Below, piece by piece: positions 1-15,471 of a stretch of DNA of 45,978 bases. The stretch spans positions 1-45,978 of the forward strand of contig CAXHJY010001335.1 in assembly GCA_964016885.1 (NCBI GenBank), given 5' to 3'. The position numbers were made by a program, and so were the translations under genes. The notes beneath the pieces were generated by a model that saw only the letters and a list, made by a program, of their open reading frames with translations, searched no databases and was not told where the DNA came from. The DNA is from Eledone cirrhosa (lineage: Eukaryota). Position 1 is the stretch's first letter. Each line of letters opens with the position of its first letter.

Positions 1-464
1 GGTATATATGCATGTATGTATATGTGTACGTAGATATATATGTAAGTATGTATATGTGTATGAATTTGATATATGTATATATATGTATATATATGTGTAT
101 CTATGTAAATAATTTATATAGGTGGATGTATATATCCATGTATACATATTAATAAATGTATGTACATCTCAATATATATATATATATGTCTAATACGAAT
201 GTATATATGCATATATGTATGTATAGATACGAGCTGGAAATATCTAGAGTTGTGTATATAATATAAAGTATATAAATATTGACAAGTTTATATAAAGGTG
301 TAAATAACTATTGATGTTATCACAGATAAGACGCTATATTGATCTCACACTGTACCAAAGTTACAATATTATACACTCACTAGGTTTCTCACAGACGGAT
401 TTTAATTACTCATGATACATAGACTTTGGTATCTACACATACATATATATAGTAACGGGTGTGT

Positions 465-644
465 ATATATATTTATTTATATATATATATTATATATATA
501 CATATATATATACATATATATACATATATATATACATATATATACATATATATATACATATATATACATATATATATACATATATATACATATATATATA
601 CATATATATACATATATACACTATATATATACATATATATACAT

Positions 645-679
<35 letters not shown>

Positions 680-1208
680 TATATACATATATATACATAT
701 ACATATATATATACATATATATACATATACATATACATATATATACACATATATATACATATATATATACATATATATATACATATATATATACATATAT
801 ATATACATATATATATACATATATATACATATATATATACATATATATATACATATATATATACATATATATATACATATATATATACATATATATATAC
901 ATATATATATACATATATATATACATATATATATACATATATATATACATATATATATACATATATATACATATATATATACATATATATATACATATAT
1001 ATATACATATATATACATATATATATACATATATATATACATATATATACATATATATATACATATATATACATATATATATACATATATATATACATAT
1101 ATATATACATATATATATACATATATACATATATATATATACATATATATATGTATATATATATGTATATATATATGTATATATATATATATATGTATAT
1201 AATATATG

Positions 1209-1279
<71 letters not shown>

Positions 1280-1380
1280 GTATATATATATATATATGTG
1301 TGTATATATATATATATGTGTGTATATATATATATATGTGTGTATATATATATATATATATGTGTGTATATATATATATA

Positions 1381-1411
<31 letters not shown>

Positions 1412-1498
1412 GTGTGTATATATATATATATATGTATATATATATGTATATATATATATATGTATATATATATGTATATATATATGTATATATACATG

Positions 1499-1529
<31 letters not shown>

Positions 1530-1626
1530 GTATATATATATGTATATATATATGTATATATATATGTATATATATATGTATATATATATGTATATATATA
1601 TGTATATATATATGTATATATATATG

Positions 1627-1659
<33 letters not shown>

Positions 1660-1666
1660 GTATATA

Positions 1667-1717
<51 letters not shown>

Positions 1718-1808
1718 GTGTATATATGTATATATATATATGTATATATATATGTATATATATATGTTATATATATATTATATGTATATATATATGTATA
1801 TATATATG

Positions 1809-1845
<37 letters not shown>

Positions 1846-2026
1846 GTGTATATATGTATATATATATATGTATATATATATACATATATGTATATATATA
1901 TACATATATATATATACATATATATGTATATATATATATATATACATAATATGTATATATATATACATATATATATACATATATATGTATATATATATAC
2001 ATATATATATATATGTATATATATAT

Positions 2027-2075
<49 letters not shown>

Positions 2076-2468
2076 TATATACATATATATACATATATAT
2101 ATACATATATATACACATATATATACACATATATATATACATATATATATACATATATATATACATATATATATACATATATATATACATATATATATAC
2201 ATATATATATACATATATATATACATATATATATACATATATATATACATATATATATATACATATATATACATATATATATACATATATATCTACATAT
2301 ATATATATACATATATATATACATACATATATATATATATATATATACATATATACATATACATATACTTATATATACATATATATATACATATATATAT
2401 GTATATGTATCTACATATACGTAAATATATATATATATACATATATACATATATATATACATATATAT

Positions 2469-2543
<75 letters not shown>

Positions 2544-2664
2544 TATATATATATATACACACATATATATATATATATATACACACATATATATATATAT
2601 ATACACACATATATATATATACACACATATATAATATAATATATACACACATATATATATATAT

Positions 2665-2712
<48 letters not shown>

Positions 2713-2762
2713 ACATATATATACATATATATATATATATACATATATATATATGTATATAT
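465..2762. repeat. Compound (TA)n microsatellite array with CA/TG interruptions
   Basis: Continuous TA runs punctuated about every 8-14 bp by CA (roughly 500-1143 and 1880-2760) or TG (roughly 1150-1880). All Y/I/H/T ORFs here derive from it. Confidence 0.98.
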
Positions 2763-2932
2763 CACCTTACAATGTTTGAGCTACATTAACAATAGCGAGA
2801 GTGAGTGTTGACAACAAACCTCTCCATGTTTAGATCTGTTCTTTGTAAACAGTAAACTGTATATTGTTGTCTCTTCTGGGTTATTGTAGCTCACCACTCT
2901 TTTATATACACCCAACCCTCTCTCTCCTTATA

Positions 2933-2934
<2 letters not shown>

Positions 2935-2989
<55 letters not shown>

Positions 2990-3155
2990 GTAGTTACTCA
3001 TGTATATATATATATACATATATATACATATATATACATATATATACATATATATACATATACATACATATACATATATACATATATATATACATATATA
3101 TACATATATATACATATACATATATACATATACATATATATACATATATATATAC

Positions 3156-3200
<45 letters not shown>

Positions 3201-3576
3201 CATATATATATATACATATATATATATATACATATATATACATATATATACATATTCATATATACATATACATATATATACATATATATATACATATATA
3301 TATATACATATATATATATACATATATATATATACATATTTATATATAACATATATATATATACATATATATATACATATATATATATACATATATATAT
3401 ACATATATATATAATACATATACATATATACATATATATATACATATATATATATACATATATATATACATATATATATATACATATACATATATACATA
3501 TATATATACATATATATATATACATATACATATATACATATATATATACATATATACATATATATATACATATACA

Positions 3577-3631
<55 letters not shown>

Positions 3632-3650
3632 TACATATATATATATACAC

Positions 3651-3699
<49 letters not shown>

Positions 3700-3809
3700 C
3701 ATATATATATACATATATATATATATACATATATATATATACACATATATATATATACACATATATATATTACATATATATATATATATATATATACATA
3801 TATATATAC

Positions 3810-3880
<71 letters not shown>

Positions 3881-3922
3881 CATATATATATACATATATA
3901 CATATATATATACATATACATA

Positions 3923-3960
<38 letters not shown>

Positions 3961-3973
3961 CATATATATATAC

Positions 3974-4013
<40 letters not shown>

Positions 4014-4017
4014 TACA

Positions 4018-4049
<32 letters not shown>

Positions 4050-4164
4050 CATATATATATATACATATATATATATACATATATATATATACATACATAT
4101 ATATACATATATATTTATACATATATATATATACATATATATATATATACATATATATATATAC

Positions 4165-4195
<31 letters not shown>

Positions 4196-4316
4196 CATAC
4201 ATATATATATATACATATATATATATATACATATATATATATACATACATATATATACATATATATATATACATATATATATATACATATATATATATAT
4301 ACATATATATATATAC

Positions 4317-4347
<31 letters not shown>

Positions 4348-4420
4348 CATACATATATATATATACATATATATATATATACATACATTTATATATATAT
4401 ACATTTATATATATATATAC

Positions 4421-4453
<33 letters not shown>

Positions 4454-5076
4454 CATACATATATATATATACATACATATATATATATATACATATACAT
4501 TTATATATATACATACATATATATATATATACATATACATATATATACATATATATATACATACATATATATATATACACATATATATATACACATATAT
4601 ATATATACACATATATATATATACACATATATATATATACACATATATATATATACACATATATATATATACACATATATATATATACACATATATATAT
4701 ATACACATATATATATATACACATATATATATATACACATATATATATATACACATATATATATATACACATATATATATATACACATATATATATATAC
4801 ACATATATATATACACACATATATATATATACACATATATATATATACACATATATATATATACAATATATATATATACACATATATATATATACACATA
4901 TATATATATACACATATATATATACACACATATATATATACACATATATATATATATATATACATACATATATATAATATATATATATACATATATATAT
5001 ATACATATATATATACATATATACATATATATATACATATATATATACATATATATATATACATATACATATATAC

Positions 5077-5123
<47 letters not shown>

Positions 5124-5188
5124 CATATATATATATACATATATATATATATACATATATATATATACAAATATATATACAAAATATA

Positions 5189-5222
<34 letters not shown>

Positions 5223-5473
5223 CATATATATATACATATATATATATATATACATATATATATACATATATATATATATATACATATATATATACATATA
5301 TATATATATATACATATATATATACATATATATATATACATATCTATATATATATATATACATATCTATATACATATCTATATACATATATATACATATC
5401 TATATACATATATATACATATATATATACATATATATACATATATATATACATATATATACATATATATATAC

Positions 5474-5534
<61 letters not shown>

Positions 5535-5586
5535 GTGTGTGTGTGTGTATATTTGTGTATATATAAATATGTATGTATATATCTTA

Positions 5587-5625
<39 letters not shown>

Positions 5626-5725
5626 CATATATATATTTTAATATACATATGTATAAATATATATATGTATATAGATACACACACACACACGCACATACAC
5701 ACACACATGTATATGTATATATAGT
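2935..5725. repeat. Compound (TA)nCA microsatellite array
   Basis: About 2.8 kb of TA runs with CA/CACA interruptions, read directly. Confidence 0.98.
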
Positions 5726-6270
5726 TTAAATAATTAGCTGGATTTATGTATACATTAAGGAGGGTGTTTACGTATGTAAATACTCATGTATGTTTATAAA
5801 ATGGAGACCCGTAAACGTAAGCCTGCAACCCCTTACTAGTGTAACTAACAAGACTGTGTCAGCACAGTTGAAACGAGGAATGTGCTGACATACTAAATAT
5901 TTCATTCGTTTGTATTGTATAGGCAACAATCTCCTATGTTCAGGGTGAAAAACTGTGTCGAAGGGCTGTTGTGGCGTTCATCGTTTCCCCTACGACCTTA
6001 TATATTATATATATAACATATAAGGTCGTTGTATATATATATAACAACATCTGAAGTGATTTTAAAACAATATCTATATGGTATTAAGTGATGAGCTTGG
6101 TGAAGGTGCTTTGTTATTCCAACTTCCTAGCCTCGCTATCACCTAGCCTTACCGATCTACCAGGCGATGCTCATGACGAGAGTGCTTGAATATGAAAACA
6201 TCTTAGTCTCGCTATTACACAGCCAAACCTCGCGGCATATTTGAACAGATAAGTACTGATGAGAATATGA

Positions 6271-7875
<1,605 letters not shown>

Positions 7876-8294
7876 ACCACGATAGATATATAAGAGTCTA
7901 CATCTATATAATTATGGCATTTCAGCTTATTTAATTTCTCTCTTGGAACATTTTGCGCCAAATATTCAACCAATAAAAACGGTTAATGGCAGTGAAATGG
8001 TAACATAATGTTTGTGTGTGTGTGTGTAAGAGATAATGTGTATATGTATGGATTAGGGAGTGCGCTTTTGCTTCTTCTGTACACACACACATATATAAAT
8101 ACACACACATATATATATGTTCATCTGTCATTCTGAATACATATAGGTATATCTATCTATGCATATACATATATATATATATACACATATGCATACACAC
8201 ACGCACACACTCGCACATATATATATATATATATATAAATATATATATATATACATATAAATATGTATATATATGCACACACACACATATGTAA

Positions 8295-8333
<39 letters not shown>

Positions 8334-9093
8334 GAAACACACATGTATATATTATATATATATGCATACAAACACACACATATATATATATATATATGTG
8401 TGTATATTAGGTGTGTGTATGTGAATGTTTCCTGACGGTCGTGAATGTATAATCTGTGTGTGTGTGTGTGTGTGTGTGTGTCTAGAATTGACTGTAGTTA
8501 TAGTCTGGTATATAAAAACCCGTAATGAACGTTGAGCTGGTCTCTACGGATATAGAACATTTCCATACGACCTTCTGCCTTCCGCCATATTGTTTCAGAG
8601 AATATGGAGTAGAAAGAAGAAATCTGTGAACGAAAATTAAGATGGCTGCTGACTCTACTTTGACAGTTGTTGACGATGTCTTAGAGTTGTTAAAGCTATA
8701 AAACCTCAACGGTTGTAAAACATGTCACCGAGGGAAGAAAGCCGAGATCTTAAAGACACTAAAAGACAACACATAAAATTTCTACAGAGTTATAAAAGAT
8801 GCCGCAATTGGTTAAAATTAGGAATCTTTCGTAAAACGGAAAAAACGAGTGAGAAAAACGGAGGAAAAACGAAAAAGAAAAATGTAAGAAAATGTAAGAA
8901 AATGGAAGAAAATCAGAGAATGAAAACGAAACTAAAGCAACGAAGATATACAAATAAAAACGAAGGAAAAATAAAGACATGGCGTTATTTGAAAGAAGTT
9001 GTACAGTAATTAGAGGAAGTGATTTTTTTGGGAGTGGAATTGATCCATTTTACGGTCTGTAAGTAGATGAGAAAATATATATACACACATGTA

Positions 9094-9125
<32 letters not shown>

Positions 9126-9550
9126 AACTCACTTATACACACACAGACACACATACATGTACATATATACACTCTCACACACACATATATATATATATAT
9201 ATATTTATACACACACAGACAGATATATATATACAGGCATATACATATATATTCACACTTATTTACAAATACATTCATAACATACATATATATATACATA
9301 GACACACACACATATATGTATATGTATATATATATATATGCATACGTGCGTGTGTGTGTGTGTGTATGTGTGTGTGTGAGTGTGTCATTTAAAAGGTTGT
9401 TCGACCTGCTAGAACTAGCTACCAAATCTTCCTCACATCAAAACTTCCTGCCTTAAAAAAATGGTATACCAGACTGGACAATGGAGTGACTGATAGGAAA
9501 CCAAAATAACAACAAAACAAAAAAAAACGAGTGAATGTTTCCAGAAATGT

Positions 9551-9882
9551 TTTCCATTGCCGATGTTATCTGTCAGTCACAACTCCTGGTAGAAGAAAGG
9601 GGCTCATCGTCAGATCAGACGAAGGAAACAAAGTTTTCTTTGGTCTTTCCATTGCTGATACTATCTGACAGTCATAACTGGTAGAAGAAAGGAGCTGATT
9701 TTTAGATCAGACCAAGGAAACAATGTTTCTATTGGTCTTTGCATTGCTGATACTATCTGTTGGTCAGAACTCCTGGTAGAAGAAAGGAGCTGATCATCAG
9801 ATCAGACCAAGGAAACAATGATTCCATTGGTATTTCCATTACTAATACTCTATGTTGGTCACAACTCTGTAGTAAAAAGAGC
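9551..9882. repeat. Tandem repeat, ~95-bp unit, about 3.5 copies
   Basis: Units begin TTT(C/G)CATT at 9551, 9646, 9738 and 9833. They share CTGGTAGAAGAAAGG and AGATCAGAC(C/G)AAGGAAACAA. Confidence 0.92.
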
Positions 9883-9973
9883 AGCATGAAATAAACACAA
9901 CGTCACGTCTTAGCCAGGTATCAAACGAACCACCTTATAATCACGAGTCCAACACCTTAACCACTAAGCCATG
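9879..9973 (-). mobile_element. tRNA-derived SINE head, degenerate
   Basis: Minus strand reads TGGCTTAGTGG (A box)...TTAAGGTGTTGGACTCGTGA...GTTTGATACC (degenerate B box). There is no closed cloverleaf. Confidence 0.65.
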
Positions 9974-10122
9974 AGATTTCATATATTTAGTAAAAATGGT
10001 CATAGTAATCAGGTTTTAATAAAATCTACTTAAAGAGATACACTGTAATTTTCTTTCTATAAAAAGGCAACACTCGACATATGGTATTTTATCCAGTGTT
10101 CTATCAAATGTTTTATCCAGTG

Positions 10123-10164
<42 letters not shown>

Positions 10165-10395
10165 TAGATATTTGGTAGTTTCACGGTGGTGGCGATAAGG
10201 GTGTCTCTGTATGTGTAGATTGCACTGAAGTGTTAGGAGAAGGTGGCAAATGGTGTTTATTGTGAAAACATCGTTGGTCGTCTTTGAACATTCAGGAGAG
10301 GATTTAAACAGTGATACTTAAATGGTAGAGTACACGATTTTGTATGTATACACACACATTTATATATATATATATATATACACACAGAAATACAA

Positions 10396-10437
<42 letters not shown>

Positions 10438-10489
10438 TATATATATATATCCATATATATATACACACACAAAATACAAGTACACACAC

Positions 10490-10522
<33 letters not shown>

Positions 10523-10715
10523 CACAGAAATACAAGTATATGTTTATATATATACATACATATGTGTGTGTAAATATATATATATATATATATGTATATA
10601 TAACATGGATGTAATGTTGTTTTGATAATAGAATATCACATGTAATTCTCGAGAGAACGAGACCTAAAAGACAAGAGAGGTTTTGTGAAGTTCTGTCAAC
10701 ACGGTAGTCTATTAA

Positions 10716-11400
10716 GGTGGTGGTGGTAGTGGAGGGGAGGTGGTGGTGGTGGTGGGTAGTGGAGGTGGTGGGAGGTGGTGCTGGTGGGGAGGTTTCTTGT
10801 TTGTAGTGGTGGTGGTGGGGAGGTTTCTTGTTTGTAGTGGTGGTGGTAGTGGACGCGTAGGCTTCTAGTTCTATTGTTGTTGTTATTGTTGATGTTGTTG
10901 GTGGTAGTGCTGATGTTGGTGTTGATGGAGATGGTGATGATGGTGGTGTTGGTGTTGGTCGTAGTGGTGATGATGATGATGGTGGTGGAGTTGGTGATGA
11001 TGATGATGGTTGTGGTGTTGGTGATGATGTTGATGATGGTGGTGGTGGTGTTGGTGATGATGATGATGGTGGTGGTGTTGGTGATGATGATGGTGGTGGT
11101 GTTGGTGATGATGATGATGGTGGTGGTGTTGGTGATGATGGTGGTGGTGGTGTTGGTGATGATGATAATGGTGGTGGTGTTGGTGATGATGATGGTGGTG
11201 GTGTTGTTGATGATGTTGATGGTGGTGGTGGTGGTGGTGGTGTTGGTGATGATGATGATGGTGGTGGTGTTGGTGTTAATATCAGTAATGTTGGTGGCGA
11301 TGTTGATGATGGTGCTAGTGTTAGTGGTTATGGTGACGGAGGGGAATGTCTTCGACAACAACAACAACAGCAGCAACAAGAAGACAACAACAACAACATA
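10716..11400. repeat. (GGT)n/(GAT)n/(GTT)n compound trinucleotide repeat
   Basis: Recurring GTGTTGGTGATGATGATGGTGGTG units. Source of the poly-T/I/N and poly-V/M ORFs. Confidence 0.93.
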
Positions 11401-11841
11401 AACAAACGGTGACAATATAAAGTTTTGTAGTGAAGATGAAACTAGAGAAAGGAGAGATATATAGAACGAATGATGTGTGTGTGTGTGTAGATGTGTGTGT
11501 GTAGATGTGTGTGTGTAGATGTGTGTGTGTAGATGTTTGCGTGTGTGTGTGTGGGGGGGGGGGGATAAGAAATAACGAAAGGAAATAAATGCAGAAGAGA
11601 GAGGGGGAGGGGGGAAAAAAAAATGAATGAATGAAAAAGAAAGAAAGAAACAAGACAAAAGAAGAATAGGTCATCACCCCCACATACACACATATACACA
11701 CAAACATACATACAAACATACATATATGCATACACATACACACATATACACACAACCATATATACACACATACTTACACATACGAACACACACAGAAAAG
11801 ACACAAAAAACACATACACACACAAACACACACCCAATGAT

Positions 11842-11873
<32 letters not shown>

Positions 11874-12696
11874 CACACGCCAAGCTACAAAGGGTGAGAT
11901 GTAGATATATGTATAGGTATAGCAAAGAAAGGTGCAGTGGTGGTGCTACTTGAGGGTGAAACATCTGTAAATACGTCACAAGCTCACAGATACACATGGA
12001 CACTAACATACAAACACACACATATACACACACACACACATACACACACTGATAAATACATAAACTCTCATACGCTCATACACTTATACACGCATATACA
12101 CGCACTTATATACACTTATATACACGTAAACATATATACTCACATACACTCAGACACACACACACACTTATATACAGATATACATGTAAACAAATATACT
12201 CATACGCACTCATAAAAACATAAACACACTCATATACACATAAATACGTACACAAACACATATATATACAAACACATATATATATACAAACAAACACATA
12301 TATACAAACACATACACACATACGTAAACACAAAGACAAGCGCCAAGCTACAAAGCGAGTATTGGAGTGAAAAGGTGTAGAGGTGATGATGGTGGTGGAG
12401 GTGGTGATGGTGTTGGTGGTGGTAGGGTACGAGTGCTGCTGGTGGTGATGGTGTGGTGGTGCAGGTACTACTGGTGGTGGTGGTGGAGGTACTACCGCTG
12501 GTGAAAGCTGGTTCTCTCAGGCCCCAGAGATCAACATATATATACAACAAAAGAATTATATATTTGTCCAACTGTCATATTGCGCAGTCTCTCGGCCCGG
12601 GGGGACAATATTGGTGAGGGCTTGCCATACGATGTTTGCTTATATACACACACATATATATATATACTCGACACACATACAAATACATATACACCT

Positions 12697-12776
<80 letters not shown>

Positions 12777-13106
12777 CTATCTATCTCTCTCTCTCTCTAT
12801 ATATATTATATATATATATACACACATATACATACATATAGGTAGGTATGTATGTATATGTATAATGCTTTGGTAGGCGAAATTCGTGAATCCTCACACA
12901 TCTTTGGTGTTTAGTGATTATTATACATATATACATATATATACACTTGTGTGTGTGTATATATATATATATATACACACACACACCATATAAACAGTGC
13001 TGCAGAATTCTTTCAGATTAACACGCATCTCTGTTATTTGATTCCAGTATAAATTGTTTTGTTATTTTTGCGTGGACACACAGACATACTTCCATTCATA
13101 TATATG

Positions 13107-13143
<37 letters not shown>

Positions 13144-13202
13144 GCGTATATATATATATGTATATATATGCGTATATATATATGTATATAAAATATATAT
13201 GC

Positions 13203-13237
<35 letters not shown>

Positions 13238-13350
13238 CGCATGTGAGGTGTTTTATATATAATGATGATTTCTTCCGAATGAAACAGTTCTAGTCCTGTA
13301 GAAGCTATTTCTATATTATATATATATAATATAGAAATGGCTTCTATATA

Positions 13351-13494
13351 TATATATGTCTTCTTGGGACGACCAGCGTTTCTTGCTCCACGAGATGGAC
13401 TCCATAACAACACATCACCTGCTATTTCTTCCTTGCTGCGCCAACAGTGGCCAGCAAATCTGAGTCTCTGTCCACGTATTGACCTGCTGATTGC
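13351..13494 (-). mobile_element. RTE-clade LINE ORF C-terminal fragment, inverted 5' segment
   Basis: Minus frame AISRSIRGQRLRFAGHCWRSKEEIAGDVLLWSPSRGARNAGRPKKTYI matches the RRLRxxGHxxR...GRP motif typical of RTE reverse-transcriptase C-termini. Confidence 0.85.
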
Positions 13495-13610
13495 GGACGA
13501 TACTGGATGCACTGCGGAAGAACTGGCAAACGCTAGGAGAGACAGAGATGGATGGAGGAAACGTGTCGTAGAAAGCCGAGCAAGCTCGACCTGATGATGA
13601 TGATGGTGAT
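13493..13610 (+). mobile_element. RTE-clade LINE 3' end with (TGA)n tail
   Basis: Plus frame ADDTGCTAEELANARRDRDGWRKRVVESRASST* contains the DRxxWR motif. Stop at 13592-13594, followed by TGATGATGATGGTGAT and then (TA)n. Confidence 0.85.
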
Positions 13611-13649
13611 ATATATATATATATCAGGATTGATTCAGTTTGAAATTGG

Positions 13650-13792
13650 TGAGACCATTACTTAACCAAGTACTCCATACTTGGGGTAGTAGAGTATGGT
13701 AATATTATAGAGAGTTGAAACCCCGACGGCTGAGCTCTTGCCGTTTCAGCAGCTCGCTAGCTGTTGAAACGGCAAGAGCTCAGTCATCGGGG

Positions 13793-13794
<2 letters not shown>
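13650..13794 (-). mobile_element. Repeat family A copy 1: hammerhead 3' half in a 76-bp palindrome plus ~70-bp flank
   Basis: Arms 13719-13754 and 13759-13794 with 3 mismatches. Minus strand reads GAAA-CGGC-aagagctca-GCCG-TC-GGGG. The flank AGTACTCCATACTTGGGGTAGTAGAGT is shared with about 15491-15517. Confidence 0.75.
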
Positions 13795-13866
<72 letters not shown>

Positions 13867-13899
13867 GCTCGTTTTTCCGATAACTGTTCAATATATATG

Positions 13900-14095
13900 T
13901 AGTTATCGTAGTTGTAGTTGCAACTGTTGTTGTTTTAGTAGTAGTAGTAGTAGTAGTAGGTATAGTGGTACTAGTTGCAGTACTACTAGTAGTAGTAGTT
14001 GTAGTAATAGTAGTAGTTGTTGTAGTAGTTATAGTTTTTATTGTAGCTATTGTAGTAGTTGCAGTAGTAGTTGCTGCAGTAGTTGTTGTAGTGTG
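13900..14095. repeat. (AGT)n/(TGT)n low-complexity tract
   Basis: Direct reading. Confidence 0.9.
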
Positions 14096-14507
14096 TCCTG
14101 CGGCCCTCACTGACGACTGTGCCATGTGGGCCAGTTCCCCAGAGTATTTCAAACACGCTTCAGAGGAACGCTAAACTTAGGTAAAACTGAGAGAGAATCG
14201 CTCCATTGGGAGCTCACAGACGTCTTCAATGTTATCTCTTACTGAAATCTGACGTCGATGGCGAGATTGCTGCTGCTGCTGCTGATGATGATGATGATGG
14301 TGGTGATGGTGGTGGTGATGATGATGTTACTGTTGTTAGTAGACCCTGTTGTTGTTGTTGTTGTTGTTTGTTATTGGTAGTGATTCTATGATTGTATGCA
14401 TGTATATATGTATATTTGCATCAGCGCGTGTGTAGGCGGATATATATATGTGTATGTATATACTTATATAGATATATATATGTATATGTATATATATATA
14501 TAAATAT

Positions 14508-14541
<34 letters not shown>

Positions 14542-14849
14542 ATATATATATGTATATATTATATATATATATATGTATATATTATATATATATATATGTA
14601 TATATTATATATATATATATGTATATATTATATATATATAGGTATATGTATGCAATGTGTATATAAATATATATATACATATAGCTATGTACGAGATATA
14701 GGTATATGCATGCAATGTATTTGTATATATGCGATATATATATAATACAAGGTTAGTGTACCTACAACGTCGGTTTCGACGATGAGCGATGCAATTGTTA
14801 AAGAGAGACACCTATTGGCAAGTATGGCGGAGTTGCAACAGAAAAGTGT

Positions 14850-14935
14850 AACTTTAAACTTCATTTTCGAGCAGAATTAACTAACAGGGTTGATACAATA
14901 CCAGTTAAATACTGGGGTCGATTTAACCTCTCCTG
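14850..14935 (+). mobile_element. SINE core fragment, same family as 33684-33860
   Basis: GGGTTGATACAATACCAGTTAAATACTGGGGTCGATTTAA aligns with GGGTCAATAAAATAAGACAGCAGTGAAGTACTGGGGTCGATATAA at about 33788-33832. Confidence 0.65.
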
Positions 14936-15069
14936 CAGTCTCGATTACACATGCTGAATGTATACTGAATTAACTTTATAATACATATATAAATATATAT
15001 ATATATATATGTTATATATATACATATATATATGTGTATATATATTTATATAAATACACACACACATAT

Positions 15070-15100
<31 letters not shown>

Positions 15101-15104
<4 letters not shown>

Positions 15105-15367
15105 AACGTTTGAATATGTGTAATAAGGCCAAGACAATGCAGGTATGGACATAGAAAAAAGAATGCAATAGTGAAAGATATTGATGTGAATTCGTCTTTC
15201 ACCTTGAATTTATTTAAATGTCCTTAATTTTCGAGATAATATCTCTTCTTCGGAGGGAAGTAAAGGTGAAAGACGAATTCACATCAATATCTTTCACTAT
15301 TGCATTCTTTTTTCTATGTCCATATCTGCATTGTCTTGGCCTTATTACACATATTCAAACATTTATA
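15101..15367. repeat. Inverted repeat, 105-bp arms, 57-bp spacer
   Basis: 15101-15205 versus 15263-15367, 2 mismatches. The ORF track shows the same peptide DEFTSISFTIAFFFLCPYLHCLGLITHIQTFI on both strands. Confidence 0.95.
15222..15256 (-). ncRNA. Minimal type I hammerhead-like motif, U4C core variant
   Basis: CCT-CCGAAGA-A-GAGAT-att-ATCTC-GAAA-AT-TA-AGG. Stem I CCT/AGG, 5-bp stem II, palindromic AATT stem III, and AATAAA shortly downstream. Confidence 0.65.
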
Positions 15368-15471
15368 CCTCATTACACAATGCTTCAAGTGAACTATAAC
15401 CTCCTCCCATATATATATATACATATATATATAAATATATATGTAACAAAGGAATTGTGGTAAGGAACCAG

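Noticed and set aside
8722-9009. 95-aa Lys-rich ORF
   Set aside because: A-rich low-complexity sequence with no motif.
9551-9882. CRISPR-like array
   Set aside because: Whole units are mutually similar with no unique spacers, there are no cas genes, and the context is eukaryotic.
9900-9973. tRNA gene
   Set aside because: A and B boxes only, with no acceptor stem. Better explained as a SINE head, as is 28425-28531.
10696-11658. 320-aa mucin-like Thr/Ile/Asn ORF
   Set aside because: It is a translation of trinucleotide and dinucleotide repeats with no supported start, splice sites or domain.
11879-12380. CGCCAAGCTACAAAG repeated about 460 bp apart
   Set aside because: Real, but most simply an old local duplication among CA repeats, with no further structure.
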